A DNA stretch of 64,000 nucleotides from Raillietiella orientalis (lineage: Eukaryota). Shown piece by piece: positions 39,753 through 51,179 of this stretch. The position numbers and the translations under genes are program-made. The notes under the pieces were generated by a model. The model ran no database searches. It saw nothing but the letters and a program-made list of their open reading frames with translations, and was not told the origin of the DNA. Each line of letters opens with the position of its first letter. Position 1 is the stretch's first letter. The stretch lies in the NCBI GenBank assembly GCA_036172245.1, contig JAYWIR010000009.1, positions 3,782,001-3,846,000 on the forward strand, in the 5' to 3' direction.

Positions 39753-40839
39753 AATCACCTTATCGGGAAAAAAGCCGGACTCCGATCCGCGATTCTGTTT
39801 GATTCTCCCGACGGCGGAAATTTCTCGATGAGGAAGGCAGGAACTTTCCTGTGCTGGTTGGAAGCGAAGCCGGCAGTCGCTGTCGGCGCTCCCGGTGTTC
39901 CTGCGATCGCCGTAGCCGGAAAGCTGGTTGGCGACCGATATCCGGTGGGAGCGCGGGAACGTCCGTCCGCGCGCGGCTGCTGCGATCCTCGCACCTTCCT
40001 TTCCGAGGGCCATCGTAGGGTGCAATCCGCTCCAGCGGCCCTTCTGCCGTGCGGAGAGCAGAGAGCCTCCCTGCCTCCTCCCCCCCCCCCCCTCGAGCTA
40101 TCATGTCTCCGCGTTCTGAACCTCCTGGGGCATCGGGAGGGATGCAGGAAACGGCTTTCTTCGCCCGCGCATCTTCGAGACGGCTCTTTCCTTTCCCTCT
40201 TCCCCTTCTTCCATTCCCACCACGAGCTCTCCCCTCCGTGTTACACGACGGGAATTCCCCTACAGGAAGGGCGGCGGCGGCGACGATCGGCTTCGGAGAG
40301 ACTCTGGAAGATTCCCGCCCTAGCCGCAGCCACGGGGAAGGACGGGATTCCCTCTCCGATTCCCGTATCCAAAAAGCGGATACGGGAATCGAGTGAGGTG
40401 CACACATGGATGAAAGCCGCGGGGAAATCAAGCGTGCGTCCCTAGAAAGGAGGAGGGGGGAAGCCCCCTCCTCCTGCCACTCGAATAAGCAGCAGCACTA
40501 ACCAAACAAAGAACCCGTTCTTCGCGAGCTCCGCCTTTCTCTTCCACCGTCTCCAAGAGGCTCCTGCTTCTCTTCTCTCCCTGTCTCTCTCGAGAAAGCC
40601 GTGCTCCGTCCACTGCGGCCCTAGAAAACCGGCTCGAGAGCAGTAGGAGGAGTGGGGAGAAGGGCGAAAACGAACGAGGAGATGGAAACTCGTCTCCCTT
40701 CTTCGCATCTGACGTCTTCCTTCCCGGATGCCCTGCTGAAGCAACTCGGCTTACCGTCTCCGAGGTTCCTGCCTGTGCCTTCGGGAGCACCAAACAGAAT
40801 CGCGGATCGGAGTCCGGCTTTTTTCCCGATAAGGTGATT
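39753..40839. repeat. 1.09-kb segment bounded by a perfect 49-bp inverted repeat (39753-39801 / 40791-40839); MITE-like or foldback
   Basis: AATCACCTTATCGGGAAAAAAGCCGGACTCCGATCCGCGATTCTGTTTG and its exact reverse complement. Imperfect similarity extends about 10-40 bp further inward. No clear target-site duplication. Confidence 0.85.
39965..40250 (+). repeat. Interspersed repeat copy 2 (homolog of 37215-37495)
   Basis: Same shared blocks as copy 1, with an internal insertion of about 40 bp. Confidence 0.8.
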
Positions 40840-41299
40840 CGGATGCTAGGATAGAAACAGCAGCAGCAGCAGTATCGGTGCACACTTCGACAATCACGTC
40901 CTTTGTTTCCGAGCAATCACCTTGGCTCACTGCCAGCTTCATTCGCCTGGTAGAAAAAGACTTCTGTTGGCTGCCTAGTGCGCCAACAAAAGTCTTCTCC
41001 GAAGAGTCCAGCAGCGACCTTCCCCCTCTAGGTTGGATCGATGGTCTCACAGATGCCAGCCCAGAGAGCCGTCTCCGAGGTGGCTGGTACCTGGAAGACG
41101 CGCGCAATCCGGGTAGCGTCTGTCGAGGAAACCTCCTCCTCTTCCGCCTCTCTCGACTTGCCTCTCAGAACGCGGCTCAAGGCACATTCAATCGGTAGTG
41201 TATCGAAGCTAGGGAATGAGGAACAATGCATAATGAGACTGGCTCATGGCACTCCATCCCATTTGTGAAAACCGGAAGTCTGCTTGAGGACTTCCCTTT

Positions 41300-41445
41300 G
41301 GTTGAATAAAAAATTTGCTGTATTATAAATAACCCAAAGAAGCTCAGAGGAAGCAGAGGAAATGTTGAAGACGTGGACGATAATTCTAATAATCATTAGC
41401 CATTGATCATACATTTGACCTTCACCGATCATTAGATCTTATAAG
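41300..41445 (+). other. Candidate non-coding first exon of the USPL1-like gene (5' boundary uncertain)
   Basis: Consensus donor AAG|GTAAGT at 41446, at the left edge of the AT-rich island. An in-frame TAA immediately before the junction argues that the exon is non-coding. Confidence 0.4.
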
Positions 41446-42572
41446 GTAAGTGCACTTCGTCGGTTCGAACCTACAAGAAAACAACTTGCAATCCTAATTT
41501 TGTTTGCTTGTATCCGTATTCCCTTCCATAATTAGAAATTGTTTTTCCATTATAAAAATCCTTTGATCAGCCATAATCAGAGAAAATTCAAATATAATTT
41601 TAAAAATCCTTCTATATGCTTGAATATAATACTTATAATTCATTCTTCTATATGCTTATAATTCATTTTTATGAGATTTGTGTAAACTCTAGGCTATTGA
41701 AATGCGTGTAATTTTCTTAAAATATTAATCTGAGTTATTATTGCGTTGGATTGAAATTGGAGTGCCAAGCAACTTAACAGAATCATTTGAAAACTATACT
41801 GCTTTCATTGAGGTTCAATTGTGTGTTAAACTTCAGGTTTCATTAACATGATTAAATTTAGTATTCACCAAAAATAAGACAAACAAAATGGATTGTGCTC
41901 TGCAAACAACATTAGATGTTAATGTATCCTATGGAGTATGCCTATGGATTATTAAAAAGAGCTCCATTTTTTATATAAAAATAAGTTTTTTCAAGGAGTA
42001 ATATTGGGTTGCTAAAGAATTATGAAACCTCACATGTTAGACGCGAACTTCTCAAAAAAACTTGGTAATTCTGTTTTCAGTTCAAGGAGCACATGGTAAT
42101 CCTGAAATTTAAAAAATGGTTGCATCCTGTTCATGGCAGCGAACATAAACGTGATTCGTAATAAGGTTTTTTTTGTAAAAAGTTGGTGAAGAAAAAGTAT
42201 GTAATGAACGCAAGGGCAAGCAATCGCACCCTTAAATTTAAGCACCAAAATTTTCCTTGTTTGGTGCTTAACTTTGTTTCGTTGAAGACTTATGTAATTT
42301 TAATGCAGCCATTGAAAATTATATGAAGAACCGTGTTTACGCTTCTTCATATAGTGCACTATAACTTTTTAAACGAAGCATTTATTCCAGCAGCTCGTCA
42401 GGATATTTGAATATATGCTTCGTTTAAATTCTTAAGTTTAGACACATTTACGGATGCTCCTGAATGTTTCTAAGCTTGCGGTCATATAATCAGATCTTCC
42501 AAATATGCATGGTTAATTCATGGTTTTGTGATAATGTTATGGTTTGTATAGTTGTTTTGTGCATTGTTTCAG

Positions 42573-42691
42573 TGTCAGAATCAAATGATAGCCAGTTATG
42601 CCCAGTTTGTGATAAACTGGGGAAAAAACATGAATTGAAATCCTACTATGTCAACTTCACTGAGCAAATACTCCTCTGCAGTAATGCAGAA
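42573..42691 (+). CDS. USPL1-like: USPL1-like protein, coding exon with first half of the N-terminal Cys4 domain (start codon unresolved)
   Basis: Acceptor TTGTTTCAG (42572) and donor GAA|GTAAGT (42692). Encodes SESNDSQLCPVCDKLGKKHELKSYYVNFTEQILLCSNAE, with the same spacing as the vertebrate USPL1 N-terminus as I recall it (YCPACREKGKLKALKTYRISFQESIFLCEDLQ). Confidence 0.85.
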
Positions 42692-42976
42692 GTAAGTATA
42701 GTTTATGATTAAAGAAATATGCTAAGGTATATGCTTTCACCTTGTGTTTGTTTTTTTATGTAAAGAGTAAACAAACATAATTGAAATTATTCGCATTACT
42801 TTAGAGTTGTTTTGGAGTAGAATTGCAGAGTATTTCAGAAGTTGCTCGTTAATTTAGTTGCACCATAAGCATCGCTTATCACGTGCTTTTATTGAATAAG
42901 CGATCAAATGTCAACATTGTGTTTTTGATGCAAATATTGTGATTCATAATATGTTAACTGTGTTTGTGCGTTTCAG

Positions 42977-43016
42977 TGCCTCTATCCCCTTGATAAATGG
43001 GAATCTGACAATTCAA
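42977..43016 (+). CDS. USPL1-like: USPL1-like protein, 40-nt coding exon (CLYPLDKWESDNS)
   Basis: Acceptor TTTCAG (42976). A phase-0 join completes C-x4-C-x-YPL (USPL1 has CIYPL). Donor A|GTAAGT at 43017. Confidence 0.85.
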
Positions 43017-43058
43017 GTAAGTTTTAATCAAACCTGAACGTGTAATAAATTGTTTCAG

Positions 43059-44005
43059 CAACAGCAGACGAATCAAAAAGCATACCAAAGGACCCTGTGC
43101 TGACTTTAAATCAAGAACAGAATGATTTCGATTGTGATGCATTTTTATCATCCTTGCTAGTTGATGACAAAGCATTTGTTACACCATACAGTTCAGATTT
43201 CTCAACTTCCTATTCATCTAAAAGTGGTAATGCAGATTGTTTATCCGAGAGTGCACTGGTCAATGCTACCTGTGATGCACCTGACTTGACTGATGGCATC
43301 AAATATGACACTTTTGATGATGACTTATCAATTATATTTGCATCAGCAAAAACTACCGTATCAGATTCAGTTACCAAAAATGCAATCAATGGAAGTGTCG
43401 AAAATGGAGTCACAGAAAGGGTTTTGACTACAAAACAGATATCAGCATGTGAAAGTTATGTATCCTCTTGTAACTTATCAAAGCATGGTGAAAGTGCTAA
43501 GTGGAAGAGTGTACAGGAATCGAATTTACTTTCGTATTCTTCTGGTCAGCATTTGTACAGTCAGGATGGGTTTCTTAATGACAGTGCCTTGCACATTCAA
43601 GAAGAGGAACTCAGCCATCAGCATGTTAAGCATAAGAATGATTTTTCCGTGAGCAGGAATGATCCAGCTCAATTATTGGGAGGAGTCGACAAACAGTGCT
43701 TTGAGAATAAGCAGGCAAGTAGTAAGCCTGAAGTGCCTGCGAATTTTGCAGTTCCAGGGAATTCACCTTTGAAAGCTAAAAGGTTTCCCATGTTGAACAT
43801 GTTTTCCTCACAAAAGATCAAGGACCATTATTTGCAGAAGTGTGGATTAATATCAGAGTTTTCAACAAAACCATATGCACCATATCAAGCTTCAGGTGTA
43901 GTTTGGCGCAGTAGTTCAAGGAGAGGAAAAAATCAAAACAGGAAGAATAATTTTGCTACAGTGGGCAGCAATCATCAAGCTGTAACATCTGGTTGTAAAA
44001 GATGA
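43059..44005 (+). CDS. USPL1-like: USPL1-like protein, long terminal coding exon (about 315 aa, Ser/Asp/Asn-rich, probably disordered, basic C-terminus); no peptidase domain
   Basis: Acceptor TGTTTCAG (43058) joins phase 1 in frame with the 43097-44005 ORF, an unusually long ORF for DNA that is roughly one-third GC. TGA at 44003-44005 is followed by UTR-like AT-rich sequence. Confidence 0.8.
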
Positions 44006-45146
44006 CACTGGGTTCATAAAGATTTATTCATCTTGTTGAATGCCTTTCCAAATGTAAACCTTGTGGGAGTGATTGATTGGGAGAAAACATGTTAGCAAGC
44101 CAGTAATTTTTTTTTTCTTCTAATGAAGCAAAGCACAAAGATTAATTGATCTCAGCAGCATAGTTTTGTCCTGCAGTCCACAGCTGGATGCCAGCCATAT
44201 TTTCGTGCTCCCATATGTATTCTTAAATGAACTACCAACATATGCAGTTATTTAGTTGTATCTCACAGCTGATCTTTGTGCAGTCTACTGAAAATCATAT
44301 CAGTGACGTGTATTTATTTGGAAACTTTGTAGCAAGGGAGCAGAAAAGTTAATGGTAATTGGATTCTTTGTTAGAAACCTCTTGATATATAATAAAGTTA
44401 TTGTTCTTGGATTAACTGTGTTTGAGCATAAATTCATGGTATCTCATTTTATCATAAACTTGTTTGCGATCATCAGTTCAGTGCTCAGGAGACTGATAAT
44501 TAGTCTGATTTGCTGGGAAATATGTTCTATGAAATATAAATGTATTTATCTGAAGTGTTGTGCTTGAATCAACAACATGGAACGAATTACGTTTGTGTAA
44601 TGTAATATGTCAAAGTTTTAGCAGCCACAAAGCAAGTTGTCTTGAATCAGAGATCTTGTTAAGTAGCCATTAATGTTCTTATGAGTTTATGATGGTGCAA
44701 TGGTGCATCCTGTGATCATAATGACGATTATTGATTTATAGTGGTTTTGGGAAATCTGGCTTGTATATGTGTCTGCACGACTCCCACTGGGAATGTTATT
44801 GTCTTTTCCTGCCTGTGTAAACGTTACATTTTTAATAATTTTAAATTAATTTGATTCTAAAGCATCGATAAGGTTTACCAAGATTCTGTTGCTATGCAGG
44901 TTTTTTTTATTTTATGTGAAGGAATTTCAGAAAGTGTTTCTTTAGTTTCATTTCTTGATAATTATGTAAAACTGTGTTCATCATGATTGTGATCTCAGCT
45001 GTAATATGACGCTGTAATTCTTGGAGCTGTCCTTTGTATTGCAAGTGACATAGAAGTTTCTGTGATTGGTGGATCACTTTGTAACTTTGTATGAATGAGA
45101 AGTAAAGCAGTCTTAAAGCCTTGACAACCTACCAGCAAGACTGTCT

Positions 45147-45152
45147 AATAAA
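45147..45152 (+). terminator. Candidate polyadenylation signal of the USPL1-like gene (alternative at 44391-44396)
   Basis: AATAAA near the right edge of the AT-rich island, followed by T/GT-rich sequence. Confidence 0.4.
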
Positions 45153-45439
45153 AGAAAAATTAAAAAATCAATATGAAGTTACTGCAGGGAAGCAACTTAG
45201 TCTTTCAAAAACTTTCATATTATTTTACATGTGTCGAGTCTTTTGTGTTGGATGCCAGAGAGGGCTGCACTCAGCTACTGTTGGTCTGCGTCTGTGTCTG
45301 AGAGAAACACCCGATTTTATCAGCGAAAATAGGTTAATGGACCGCTGTCGATGCACCGTGGTGTAATGGTATACATTAGTACGTCGGAACTAACATTAAG
45401 TATGACGTAATTTTCTTGATGTGCGAATTAAAGGGCAAA

Positions 45440-46450
45440 TAGCAGGATCTTTCAAGTTGCATGCATGCGGCAGATCTCAATAGGTCATGGCGAGGAGTTT
45501 TCTACTTGCGGCGTGCCCATATTATCGTTTCAGATGCCAAAGTTGCAGCAGTCAGGTGCTGTTTCAGTGGGGGGCATCGAGGGAATACGTTCATCGGGCT
45601 CCCGCTGGGCGAGAACGAAGGTACGACAAAGTGCGACCCGTGCCCGGCCACAGGAAGTGGCGATTCTCAGCAGGTGATTCCTTTAATGGTGCAGTTGGAT
45701 TGCCATGCAGCTTCTCCCGGCTTGAGTTTGCCCTGCCGGGTGCCCTTGCTGGCGGTTCCGAGGAAAATCATCAGCTGACATGGCAGGACAAGCGCCAACT
45801 GGTTGTGGAAGGGGCGTTCGTTGGTGCTTGCCTTTAGGGAAGGGCCGGCTGCTCGGCATTCGCGCTAGAGGATACCTCTGAGCCGCAGAGGGGGGGCATC
45901 GAGCAGGCGCTGTAGGTCCGCAGGACCGAACCGTAAAGGTTCCATTGAGAAAAACTGGGCAAAATAGCACTGGTCGGTGTTGGGTCCGTTGCATTCCCTT
46001 TCCTGGTCATCTGATTGCCTCCCTCTAGGCAGAGATGACCTTCGAAGATACCTGTATGCGGGCAGGAATCCCCGAAACGAATGTAGGGCATCGGAAACGA
46101 CCAATGCCGTCACAGAGCATCCATCGCCCACGATGGTGACCTCATAAAAGAGTGCGCGTGCAACAAAGGTCGACCCGTGCTGCCGAACGGTCTCCATGGC
46201 ACCTCTGCTGCTGTCCTGTCCCGGGAATTTTCGTAAACCAGGGGGATCAGCCCGATGGAAAAATCCGCAGAAGGGGCCTACCTGTAAGGTTTCTCCTTCT
46301 GCCTCTCTTTCCAGGACTCGAGCTGCGTCAATCACCGTTTCTCCAGACTTCTAGCGGTGCGTTTCGGTCAGAAGGGAGTTCTCCAGGCTTGCGGAACTCC
46401 TTCACCGTCCCGAGGTGTGCTGAAGATCCCCCACGCACGTTGCGGAAGTC
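45440..46450 (-). mobile_element. Decayed LINE APE endonuclease/linker relic
   Basis: Minus-strand IVGDGCSVTALV resembles D.GR.L.V, and KPGEAAWQSNCTI resembles G.G.WKLN.SLL, in the expected order. Confidence 0.4.
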
Positions 46451-47289
46451 TCCCATCACACTGAGTGGCTATGAACTGAACATTTAATTTACTTTACATT
46501 GAAACGAACGGTTAAATTAAGTCTTTTATGTGATTTTCGGGCAAACAGTGAAATACTACGAAACTTCGCTCCTTGCTTATTATTATTGTTTGTTTTTATC
46601 GGTTCAGAAAGTTTTATGAAACGAATTTTCACGCAGGATTTATGCACCGGTCTATAAACATTCCACGAATCTGACCTAATACAATGGATTGTCAGATCGT
46701 GGAATAGCTCATTTGTATTAGCTCGTTGTTCATCGATCGAAGCACAGTTATTAAGAAACGTTGGTTCGCTCGCTCTTTCTTGGATTCGGACGCCCCCGTG
46801 AAATCCACTGGTCTTTCGCTTTTCGCGGAAGACCTCTCCCATCTCCTACCGTTTGAGCAGGAGGCAGCAGGAGGTGGAGAACTGGTGGTCAGCTTGGAGA
46901 TGCGCCCAGAAGTGCTCCGTTGGCTGCGAGTTCTCCGCAGCCCGCTCGGAGATGTCCTGCAGGACTGGACCCGATAACCGTCACGCCCGTTGCCGCGGCG
47001 CTGCCTGCCCTAAGGGCAAGCAACGGTAGTAGCCCACCGGCAAGGGGGGGTAGCTCCTAAACCATTTCAGGGGTTACGAAACTCCCGGGAGGCCGGGAAA
47101 CGAGCGAGCGGGTAGAAACCGTCACTCCTCCTAGGAGAAGGGACCGCTTCGGTGGAGCGAATTTTTCGAGTGTGACCCTGCCGGCGGCCCCTCCTTTGTG
47201 TCTGGACACTGTGGTGTTCCCCCTTAAAAAAAAAAAAAAAAAAAAAAAAAGCGGAAATAGGTTGTGTTGTTTCTGCACTGAGACTTTTA

Positions 47290-47890
47290 GTGCGATCAGC
47301 GTTCGGACCTCGTTCCCGGGATAGCTGCATCCCTGAACTGTTTAAGACGCGAGACGATTCGAATCGTTACCGCACCTGCTTTTGGACTGCGCTACCTTCC
47401 ACGAACTGTGGGCAGATGCTGCCTCCAGGTTCCTTCTCCAGGAGGACACCTCCAAGGACTTGCTGTGTCGATTCTCCGCTCGCGGCGGACTCTCGGCTGG
47501 CACCGTAATCGCGACGTTGAGTTGCCTCTGAGCCATGTGCTGGAGCCTCGTGTGCAATGAAGGAAGGCCATCCGCATGGCAGCTATCCACGTGAGGGCAG
47601 CTGCGAGGCGATCTAACCTGGAAGAGGCAGTCGTGATCGGAGATGGCCGGCATCCTGCGCTGGCTGTAAAAAGACAAAACTCCTCGAGCCAAAGGCTCTT
47701 GTCTCCCTCCTCCCTCTTATTTACTGTCCCCCTCCCTCCTTCTCTGGAACTCTTCAGCAGCTGACCTGCGTGTCGGTGAGCTCCTTTTTTTGTCTTTGCT
47801 TTGGGAAATGCGTTCCTAACACGTTTGTTTATTTCTTGTAGATACTCTTGCTTTCTCCTTTCCTTGACCGTGACCGGGTGCAAAACTGTT
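47290..47890 (+). mobile_element. LINE 3'-end relic (zinc finger, C-terminus, 3' UTR)
   Basis: ESLPHLLLDCATFHELW and MAAIHVRAAARRSNL are homologous to the 57-58 kb and 61 kb copies. It has a pyrimidine-rich tail ending GTGACCGGGTGCAAAA. Confidence 0.7.
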
Positions 47891-48299
47891 CCAGTTATCC
47901 AGGTTCTCTCCCCGTCACGGATGTCCTCCCCGTTTCCTTAACCTCCCTCCTGTTTTTGTGACTCTGTGGAGTAATCAACAAGGGGCGACTACGGTGTGCG
48001 GTCGTCGCTGCTTCCGTGGCCTCGTGGTTTTCTTGAGTGGTGGAGGCCATCCTCTTCCCCAACTTGAAAGTGTCCTAGTGTCCAACGCGCAGCGGCGTGG
48101 ATTCTCCACAGTCGGAAGGGTACTTTCGCTTTTTCTTCTACATCTGACATTCTCCCAGATCCCGATGCTGCGGTCCTCCCACCAGACCACTTAGGCAACG
48201 GCGAATTAGTAGGGGACGGAGAAGACACTTCTTGCGAAAAACAAAAACAAACAAACGAAACAAAAAAAAAAAAGCAACGCAGCACGACGGTTGCCAAGG

Positions 48300-49200
48300 C
48301 TCTCCGCACTGCTTCCGAGGAAGGAAGTTTTAGGACTGCGTGGCTGGAGAGACGCGTGCTCTTCGTGTGTCTCGCTGGATTTTGGCGGGAAGGGAGGAGG
48401 ATGCAAGAGAAACAGGACCTCGGTCATGCGGAGAGCGCGGGGCCCGAGTTGGTCCAGGGGAGTCGCGGCATCCCCACGGGGTGGGAAGGTGACGCCCTCC
48501 GCAGCATGCCATTGCAGCCACCGCCGATGGTTTCAGGAGGCGACCTAATCGCAGACAAACGTGAGAATTTCCGACCACAATTCCCAGCAAAGTTAAATTC
48601 GCCGGGACAATCGAGATGTGGCGCGTTTCTTGAGGGAAACGTGGCCGCCTGCCGCGGACGGCGGCGGATCTTCTAGAGCAGGAGGAACTAGGGCGAACCA
48701 GGAAGCAGCATGGTGAACTGAGCCCTTCGGGAACCTCGCAAAGTCACAGAAGCCGTCGAGGGCACCCAGAAAGCAAAAAAAGGGAAAATGGGAAGAAAAA
48801 CCCAGGCAACCACGATAAAGCAAAGGCCGCATTGCCGCTCTCGTTGGTAACTCGGAAGTACGGCACACCGTCACCAGGACTTGGAGGGGGGGTGGGAGAG
48901 AAGTCTCTCACGTCCTGCTGCGAATCTCCCGACACGGATGGAAGAGTTTGGCGCCCTCAGTCTCACAATCAGGGTCCTCCCTTTCGTATGGCCATTTGTG
49001 TGCTGCTGGTCCATCAGAGGAACACGATCTTCACTCTCGGTCGAGCAGCTGCCCTTATTGTGCTTCGACGGGCATTCGCTAACGCTCTTCCTCCCGACCA
49101 ACACTTGAGGCGTCGAACGCTCCTCTTGGAGGGGTCCACGATGCAATCCCACTTCGCAAAGAAAGAAGAGGGAAAAAGGTGAGGAGAAGGAATTCGACTA
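48300..49200 (-). mobile_element. Decayed LINE APE endonuclease relic
   Basis: Minus-strand motifs in order: PLQEE (resembles LQETH), KGRTLIVRL...GRERLL, FCDFARFP (resembles L.D.WR..P), ATSRLSRRI (resembles SRLDRI). Confidence 0.6.
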
Positions 49201-50382
49201 GGGACGGAGCTTCCTGAAATGCCCACTGGTGGCGCCGCTGCGCGCAGGGCATGAGGGAAACCCCGCACGCCTGCCCAAAATGGGTTCATGCCCTCTTCCC
49301 TCCCCGCAGCGTACCCTACCAGAGTTAATCCAGTGAGGGACTCTGAACGTTTCCCTCCCTCCTCATCTTCCTTCGAATCATCTCTTCCTCTGCGACGGAA
49401 CGCAGTCCAATCGACGTTTGTCGCGGCCAGACGGCGATCGATTGAGGGAGAGAATCCGTCCACTACCCGACATCCCACCAACTTCCTGGAAGTTACCAGC
49501 CTCTCAGAGAAGACGGGGCCATGCTCTGAGGGATTCTGGATTTGTAGCTCTGCCTGCCGTTTCCGAAGGACTCGCCATGTGTTGCTTCCTTCGAGGAAAA
49601 AGAGACCCTTCCTTTCTTCCCAGGAAAAGAGGAGGAGGAGGAGGAGGAGGAAGGGAAGAAGGGAGGAAGAGACCGACATCGGGGGAGGGCTGGAGGAATT
49701 GAATTTTGTCCTCCGCCGATCCCCTGGAAGCGCGAGATGAGACGGCAGCCCCAGGCTCCACGCTTCCAGTGATAGGGGGAGGTTCCTTCTAGTGTTGCAA
49801 TTTTCCTCCCTTTCCACGCGATCCACGCCAGTCCTTCCGGGGGAGACCGGGAACGTCCGTCCAAGAGGCTGCAGTTGGCGTGGCAGCTGGTCCTCTACAA
49901 ACGATGAATCAAGGTCGTGACGGAAGGGATGCAAGGGCGAGGTAAGTCATCGCCTCCCTTCTTCCCCCCTTCCCCCATTGCCATTACCATCATCATCGCC
50001 GTCATCCTCGCCACGGTAGTCGTCGCCACCACCATCATCCGTTACCGCCTCCGCCGATGCCACCGTCGTCATCAGCACATCCCTTGCCTTTCCTCCTCCA
50101 CCGCTCCTCCTTCTCTTCTCCTCCGAATGCTGCACGGGAGGCCGAAGCGCCCCAGGAGCGCGGGTGGAGGAAGGGGATGGACATCACGAGAAGCCCAGTT
50201 CTGACGCTGAAGGGGAATAGCCGGGGGCTGCAAGGAAGGCAGGGCTGCTAGGGATTTCGACCGGAGGGGAACACGAGGGACATCACATATACCGCGTTTT
50301 CGCGGGAACACAGCCACGACGGGAACATGTGGTTCACTGCGGACAGGAAGGAGGTTTCCGTCTCCCGATAACTTCATTGCTC

Positions 50383-51150
50383 GCGTCGGAGGCCAGATGG
50401 TCACGGTGTCCGCGCGCGGCACCAAGCGTCGCGAGTTCGAATCCCGCCCTGTCAAAGATCGACGCCGAGAACGGGGGAGACACGTCGTAGGTTTCAGGTC
50501 ACCCTCCGGCGAGATGATGCTGGTTGGCCTATATTCATTCGAGTGCGGCAGCGCTGGACACTGGGTGCCCCTCATGACTGGCCAGGATTGGAAGTTGACT
50601 TTCCGGGATCCTTCCAGGAATCAGGGAGTCAATTCCGTTCGTGAAAGGAGAGACCCATTCTTCAGGGGGGACCTTCCGTCTCGTACCATGGAGCTGGTGC
50701 ATTGATGATAGTCTCTCCAGAGAGTGAAAAGAAGTGTGCTGCTCCCTTCGGGGAGCAACCCTTCAGAGAAAATCCTGAAGCGTCCCTTCGGGGGGTTATC
50801 TTCAGGGAAGCAAACAGGAGCGGTTCCCTTGCGTGTTCCCTCCGGAGAAGAGATTTCTAATAGCGGATCCTTTCCGGGTTCCCTTGGGAGAAGAAAAAAT
50901 GGATCGGTGCCCTCCGGGGGTCCCTCCAAAGAGAATAAGGGAAGAGATTCCCTTAGGGGTTCCTTTCGAAAACAACCAGGATGGATCCCTCCTCTCCAGG
51001 CGTGAGAGGAACGGATTGTCTTCTCTGAAGCCCTTCCTGGATTCATAGGGTGGTCCCCTCCCGGGGTGATTCCCTATCTTGAAGAATACACGCACCCTCG
51101 GGTGGCATGGTGAACCGCCTCAGAGAGCGATCACAGGGGAACGTTTCCCG
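50383..51150 (+). mobile_element. tRNA-derived head (A-box/B-box), conserved body and tandem degenerate hairpin-rich monomers: long SINE or LINE 5' UTR
   Basis: A-box-like AGGCCAGATGG (50390-50400). T-arm GCGAG-TTCGAAT-CCCGC with B-box (50431-50447). The body is homologous to 19866-20170 and the monomer region to 63725-63970. Hairpins include GCTCCC-TTCG-GGGAGC. Confidence 0.7.
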
Positions 51151-51179
51151 GAAGGTAGTTCTTGTGGATCAAACTGGAT

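Noticed and set aside
41888..41935. AAAATGG-initiated MDCALQTTLDVNVSYG as the USPL1-like first coding exon
   Set aside because: Its best donor (GTATGC, 41936) is phase 0, while the acceptor at 42572 needs phase 1. It cannot be supported without transcript data.
42320..42445. H/ACA snoRNA or scaRNA call for the intronic hairpins
   Set aside because: No ANANNA H-box in the hinge and no pseudouridylation pockets.
45352..45400. tRNA-like start GCACCGTGGTGTAATGGT
   Set aside because: A-box only, with no B-box or cloverleaf.
50383..50455. Functional tRNA gene
   Set aside because: The acceptor and anticodon stems are poor, there is no oligo-T terminator, and it continues into a repeated body. Treated as a tRNA-derived head.
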